Source: the human T2T-CHM13v2.0 reference genome, Homo sapiens
Length of the DNA stretch: 64,000 nucleotides
NCBI RefSeq assembly: GCF_009914755.1
Contig: NC_060933.1
Reading direction: 5' to 3' (one strand)
The notes below the pieces were generated by a model. It did not search any database, had not been told where the DNA came from, and saw nothing but the letters and a program-made list of their open reading frames with translations. The position numbers were made by a program, and so were the translations under genes. Below are positions 57,405 to 64,000 of the stretch, piece by piece; positions within the stretch are counted from its first letter, which is position 1; the number at the start of each line of letters is the position of its first letter.

Positions 57405-57527
57405 CGAGGGACCTCCCTTGGGAGATCAATCCCCTGTACTCCTGTTCTTTGCTCCGTGAGAAAGATCCACCTATGACCTCAGGTCCTCAGACCGACCAGC
57501 CCAAGGAACATCTCACCAATTTTAAAT

Positions 57528-57536
57528 CAGGTAAGC
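57528..57536 (+). promoter_or_regulatory. HERV-H major splice donor
   Basis: CAG|GTAAGC with GT at 57531, ~150 nt after the 5' LTR, where the HERV-H leader donor lies. Confidence 0.8.
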
Positions 57537-57809
57537 AGCCTCTTCTTACTCTCTTCAACCTCTCTCACTTTCCCTCAACCACTTTCTCCTTTCCACTCTT
57601 CAATCTCTCCCTTCTCTTAATTTCAATTCCTTTCATTTTCTGGGAGAGACAAAGGAGACACGTTTTATCCGTGGACCCAAAACTTCGGCGCTGGTCACGG
57701 ACTGGGAAGGCAGCCTTCCCTTGGTGTTTAATCACTGCAGGGATGCCTCTCTGATTATACACCCATGTTTCAAGGGTGTTAGACCATGCAGGGACGCCTG
57801 CCTTGGTCC

Positions 57810-58180
57810 TTCACCCTTAGTGGCAAGTCCTGCTTTTCTGGGGAAGGGGCAAGTACCCCTCAACCCCTTCTCTCCTTGTCTCTACCCCTTCTCTGCTTTT
57901 CTGGGGCAGGGGCAAGTACCCCTCAACCCCTTCTCCTTCACCCTTAGTGGCAAGTCCCGCTTTTCTGGGGGAGGGGCAAGTACCCCTCAACCCCTTCTCT
58001 TTCACCCTTAGCGGCAAGTCCTGCTTTTCTAGGGGGCAAGAACCCCCAATCCCTTATTTCCGTGCCCCAACCCCTTATTTCTGTGCCCCGACCCCTTATT
58101 TCCATGCCCCGACCCCTTATTTCTGCGCCTCATCCCTTATTTCCATGCCCCGACCTCTTATCTCTGCGCCCCAACCCCTT
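57810..58180 (+). repeat. HERV-H leader tandem repeats
   Basis: Repeated ccttagtggcaagtcc.gcttttctgggg.aggggcaagtacccctcaaccccttctc units, then ~21-bp ccccttatttc..tgcccc.a units. Confidence 0.9.
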
Positions 58181-58267
58181 TTCCCAGTTTTCTGGAAGGT
58201 AAGAACCCCCGAACCCCTTCCCTCCGTTTCTCTACTCTCTCTTTTCTCTAGGCTTGCTTCCTTCACT

Positions 58268-59400
58268 ATGGGCAACCTTCCACCCTCCATTCCTCCTTCT
58301 ACTCCCTTGGCCTGTGTTCTCAAAAACTTAAAACCTCTTCAACTCACACCTGACCTAAAACCTAAATGCCTTATTTTCTTCTGCAATGCCGCTTGACCCC
58401 AATACAAACTTGACAGTAGTTCCAAATAGCCAGAAAATGGCACTTTGAATTTTTCCATCCTGCAAAATCTAAATAATTCTTGTCGTAAAATAGGCAAACG
58501 GTCTGAGGTTCCTGACGTCCAGGCATTTTACACATCAATCCCTTCCTAGTCTCTGTGCCCAGTGCAACTCGTCCCAAATCTTCCTTCTTTCCCTCCCACC
58601 TGTCCCATCAGTACCAACCCCAAGCGTCACTGAGTCTTTCTAATCTTCCTTTTCTACAGACCCATCTGACCTCTCCCTTACTCCCCAGGCTGCTCCTCGC
58701 CAGGCCGAGCTAGGTCCCAATTCTTCCTCAGCCTCTGCTCCTCCACCCTATAATCTTTTTATCACCTCCCCTCCTCACACCTGGTCCAGCTTACAGTTTC
58801 GTTCCGTGACTAGCCCTCCCCAACCTGCCCAGCAATTTACTCTTAAAAAGGTGGCTGGAGCCAAAGGCATAGTCAAGGTTAATGCTCCTTTTTCTTTATC
58901 CCAAATCAGAAGCATTTAGGCTCTTTTTCATCAAATATAAAAATCCAGCCCAGTTCATGACTTGTTTGGCAGCAACCCTGAGACACTTTACAGCCCTAGA
59001 CCCTAAAAGGTCAAAAGGCCGTCTTATTCTCAATATACATTTTATTACCCAATCTGCTCCCGACATTAAATAAAACTCCAAAAATTGGAGTCAGGCCCTC
59101 AAACCCCACACCAGGACTTAATTAACCTCACCTTCAAGGTGTACAATAACAGAAAAAAGTTGCAATTCCTTGCCTCCACTGTGAGACAAACCCCAGCCAC
59201 ATCTCCAGCACACAAGAACTTCCAAATGCCTGAACCACAGCAGCCAGGCATTCCTCCAGAACCTCCTCCCCCAGGAGCTTGCTACACGTGCCAGAAATCT
59301 GGCCACTGGGCCAAGGAATGCCCACAGCCTGGGATTCCTCCTAAGCCGCGTCCCATCTGTGTGGGACCCCACTGAAAATTGGACTGTTTAACTCACCTGG
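58268..59400 (+). pseudogene. gag: HERV-H gag remnant
   Basis: MGNLPPSIPP start at 58268; CCHC zinc knuckle CYTCQKSGHWAKEC at 59280-59321; multiple stops and frameshifts. Confidence 0.85.
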
Positions 59401-59529
59401 TAGCCACTCCCAGAGCCCCTGGAACTCTGGCCCGAGGCTCTCTGACTCCTTCCCAGATCTTCTCGGCTTAGCGGCTGAAGACTGACACTGCCCAATGGCC
59501 TCGGAAGCCCCCTAGACCATCACGGACAC

Positions 59530-59830
59530 CCAGCTTCAGGTAACTCTCACAGTGGAGGGTAAGCCCCTCCCCTTCTTAATCAATACGGAGGCTACCCACT
59601 CCACATTACCTTCTTTTCAAGGGCCTGTTTCCCTTGCCTCCATAACTGTTGTGGGTATTGACGGCCAGGCTTCTAAACCTCTTAAAACTCCCCAACTCTG
59701 GTGCCAACTTAGACAATACTCTTTTAAGCACTCCTTTTTAGTTATCCCCACCTGCCCAGTTCCCTTATTAGGCTGAGACACTTTAACTAAATTATCTGCT
59801 TCCCTGACTATTCCTGGACTACAGCTATAT
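59530..59830 (+). pseudogene. pro: HERV-H protease remnant
   Basis: FLINTEATHSTL (catalytic DTG changed to NTE), VVGIDG flap, PTCPVPLLG then stop. Confidence 0.85.
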
Positions 59831-59928
59831 CTCATTGCCGCCCTTCTTCCCAATCCAAAGCCTCCTTTCGTTCTCCTCTCGTATCCTCCCACCTTAACCC
59901 ACAAGTATAAGATACCTCTACTCCCTCC

Positions 59929-61700
59929 TTGGCGACCGATCATGCACCCCTTACCATCTCATTAAAACCTAATCACCCTTACCCCACTCAACGCCAATAT
60001 CCCATCCGACAGCACACTTTAAAAAGATTAAAGCCTGTTATCACTCACCTGCTACAGCATGGCCTTTTAAACCCTATAAACTCTCCTTACAATTCCCCCA
60101 TTTTACCTGTCCTAAAACCAGACAAGCCTTACAAGTTAGTTCAGGATCTGCGCCTTATCAACCAAATTGTTTTGCCTATCCACCCTGTGGTGCCCAACCC
60201 GTACACTCTTTTGTCCTCAATACCTTCCTCCACAACTCACTATTCCGTGCTTGATCTTAAAGATGCTTTTTTCACTATTCCCCTGCACCCCTCGTCCCAG
60301 CCTCTCTTTGCTTTCACTTAGACTGACCCTGACACCCATTAGGCTCAGCAAATTACCAAGGCTGTACTGCCGCAAGGCTTCATAGACAGCCCCCATTACT
60401 TCAGTCAAGCCCAAATTTCATCCTCATCTGTTACCTATCTCGGCATAATTCTCGTAAAAACATACATGCTTTCCCTGCTGATCGTGTCCGATTAATCTCC
60501 CAAACCTCAATCCCTTACAAAACAACAACTCCTTTCCTTCCTAGGCATGGTTAGTGTGGTCAGAATTCTTACACAAGAGCCAGGACTGCACCCTGTAGCC
60601 TTTCTGTGCAAACAAGTTGACCTTACTGTTTTAGCCTAGCCCTCATGTCTGCGTGCAGCAGCTGCCGCTGCTTTAATACTTTTGGAGGCCCTCAAAATCA
60701 CAAACTATGCTCAACTCACTCTCTACAGTTCTCATAACTTCCAAAATCTATTTTCTTCCTCATACCTGACGCATATACTTTCTTCTTCCCAGCTCCTTCA
60801 GCTATACTCACTCTTTGTTGAGTCTCCCACAATTACCATTGTTCCTGGCCCAGACTTCAATCCGGCCTCCCACATTATTCCTGATACCACACCTGACCCC
60901 CATGACTGTATCTCTCTGATCCACCTGACATTCACCCCATTTCCCCAAATTTCCTTCTTTCCTGTTCCTCACCCTGATCACACTTGATTTATTGATGGCG
61001 GTTCCACCAGGCCTAATCGCCACACACCAGCAAAGGCAGGTTATGCTATAGTACAAGCCACTAGCCCACCTCTTAGAACCTCTCATTTCATTTCTATCGT
61101 GGAAATCTATCCTGAAGGACATAACTTCTCAGTGTTCCATCTGCTATTCTACTACTCCTCAGGGATTATTCAGGCCCCCTCCCTTCCCTACACATCAAGC
61201 TCAAGGATTTGCCCCACCCAGGACTGGCAAATTAGCTTTACTCAACATGCCCTGAATCAGATAACTAAAATACCTCTTAGTCTAGGTAGATACTTTCACT
61301 GGATAGGTAGAGGCCTTTCCTACAGGGTCTGAGAAGGCCACCGCAGTCATTTCTTCCCTTCTGTCCGACATAATTCCTCAGTTGAGCCTTCCCACCTCAA
61401 TACAGTCTGATAACAGACGAGCCTTTATTAGTCAAATCAGCCAAGCAGTTTTTCAGGCTCTCTGTATTCAGTGAAACCTTTATATCCCTTATGGTCCTCC
61501 GTCTTCAAGAAAAGTAGAATGGACTAAAGGTCTTTTAAAAACACACCTCACCAAGCTCAGCCACCAACTTAAAAAGGACTGGACAATACTTTTAACACTT
61601 TCCCTTATCAGAATTCAGGCCTGTCCTCGGAATGCTACAGGGCACAGCCCATTTGAGCTCCTGTATAGACGCTCCTTTTTATTAGGCCCCAGTCTCATTC
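59929..61700 (+). pseudogene. pol: HERV-H pol remnant (RT, RNase H and integrase pieces)
   Basis: YNSPILPVLKPD..YKLVQDLR, YSVLDLKDAFF, LPQGF; YxDD segment deleted near 60411; FIDG near 60990; integrase text DWQI and SIQSDN. Confidence 0.9.
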
Positions 61701-62297
61701 CAGACACCAGACCAACTTAGACTATGCCCCTAAAAAAACTTGTCATCCCTACTATCTTCTGTCTAGTCATACTGCTATTCACCGTTCTCAACTACTCATA
61801 CATGCCCTGCTCTTGTTTACACTGCCGGTTTACACTGTTTTTCCAAGCCATCACAGCTGATATCTCCTCATGCTATCCCCAAACTGCCACTCTTAACTCT
61901 TGAAGTAAATAAATAATCTTTGTTGGCAGGACTATGCTGAATCTCCTTAGGCACTCTCTAATCAGATATCCTGAATCGTCCCAATTCTTAGACCTTTTAT
62001 ACCTGTTTTTCTCCTTCTGTTATTCCATTTAGTTTCTCAATTCATCCAAAACCATATCCAGGCCATCACCAATCATTCTATACGACAAGTGTTTCTTCTA
62101 ACATTCCCACAATATCACCCCTTACCACAAGACCTCCCTTCAGCTTAATCTCTCCCACTCTAGGTTCCCACACTGCCCCTAATCCTGCTTGAAGCAGCCC
62201 TGAGAAACATCACCCATTCTCTCTCCATACCACCCCCCAAAAATTTTCGCCACCCCAACACTTCAACACTATTTAGTTTTATTTTTCTTAGTAATAT

Positions 62298-62310
62298 AAG
62301 AAGGCAGGAA
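62298..62310 (+). other. Polypurine tract
   Basis: AAGAAGGCAGGAA immediately before the 3' LTR. Confidence 0.85.
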
Positions 62311-62788
62311 TGTCAGGCCTCTGAGCCCAAGCCAAGCCATCACATCCCCTGTGACTTGCATGTATATGCCCAGATGGCCTGAAGTAACTGAAGAATCACA
62401 AAAGAAGTGAATATGCCCTGCCCCACCTTAACCTATGACATTCCACCACAAAAGAAGTGTAAATGGCTGGTCCTTGCCTTAACTGATGACATTACCTTGT
62501 GAAAGTCCTTTTCCTGGCTCATCCTGACTCAGAAAGCATCCCCACAGAGCACCTTTCGACCCCCACTCCTGCCCGCCAGAGAACAAACCCCCTTTGACTG
62601 TAATTTTCCTTTACCTACCCAAATCCTATAAAACAGCCCCACCCTTATCTCCCTTCGCTGACTCTCTTTTCGGACTCAGCCCATGACTCTCTTTTCGGAC
62701 TCAGCCCGCCTGCACCCAGGTGAAATAAACAGCCATGTTGCTCACACAAAGCCTGTTTGGTGGTCTCTTCACACGGACGCGCATGAAA
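62311..62788 (+). mobile_element. 3' LTR7 (478 bp) with poly(A) signal
   Basis: Direct repeat of the 5' LTR; AATAAA at 62724-62729; carries a private 25-bp insertion. Confidence 0.97.
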
Positions 62789-62855
62789 GAGCCCATGATC
62801 TTCCTTTCAGGTTGATGCCCATCCTGATCATATCTATAACCAAAAAGGCATCCTT

Positions 62856-62890
62856 ATATGATGGCTTTGCTTGGGCTTAGAGGCCTGACA
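62856..62890 (-). mobile_element. 35-bp fragment of the LTR7 5' (U3) terminus, inverted
   Basis: Reverse complement TGTCAGGCCTCTAAGCCCAAGCAAAGCCATCATAT is 32/35 identical to the LTR7 start. Confidence 0.85.
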
Positions 62891-63001
62891 TTCTTAACTC
62901 CAGTTTCTCTTGTTAATATTTGTATATGTTTTGTCAACATCTGCCCCTGTATTTAGTGACCTCTAAAAACATTCCTCACCAGTTAAAAAGAGGCATAACT
63001 A

Positions 63002-64000
<999 letters not shown>

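Larger units (their letters stand above)
56933..62788 (+). mobile_element. HERV-H provirus (common internally deleted ~5.8 kb form)
   Basis: Two LTR7 copies, PBS-His, PPT, gag/pro/pol relics; perfect 5-bp TSD GAGCC at 56928-56932 and 62789-62793. Confidence 0.98.

Noticed and set aside
57449-61332. HERV-H ORFs as expressed viral proteins
   Set aside because: Fragmented by stops and frameshifts; protease and RT catalytic motifs are lost and env is largely deleted

Overview
AT-rich, CpG-depleted primate (very probably human or great-ape) intergenic or deep-intronic DNA, dominated by transposable elements. I found no host protein-coding exon, tRNA, rRNA or CRISPR array that I can support, and I cannot identify the locus. 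The main feature is a ~5.86 kb HERV-H provirus (56933-62788, +) with two LTR7 copies, a GAGCC target-site duplication, a tRNA-His PBS and decayed gag/pro/pol. A ~13 kb multilayer nest (40890-53780) is built on an old 5'-inverted L1M. It holds an L1PA15/16-like element with an apparent 3' transduction, a MER51 LTR carrying a rare SVA2 VNTR element, a Tigger1, a THE1, and a tail-less 3'-truncated L1 flanked by a TSD. The rest is Alus, MaLR/ERV1 solo LTRs, Tigger/hAT MITEs, MIR/L2 relics and simple repeats. I see no new biological system. The best leads are unusual retrotransposition or repair products: the SVA2, the transduction, the internally primed L1, a 35-bp inverted LTR7 end beside the provirus, and a locally templated 85-bp insertion. 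Subfamily names come from remembered consensus sequences and need RepeatMasker/Dfam confirmation.
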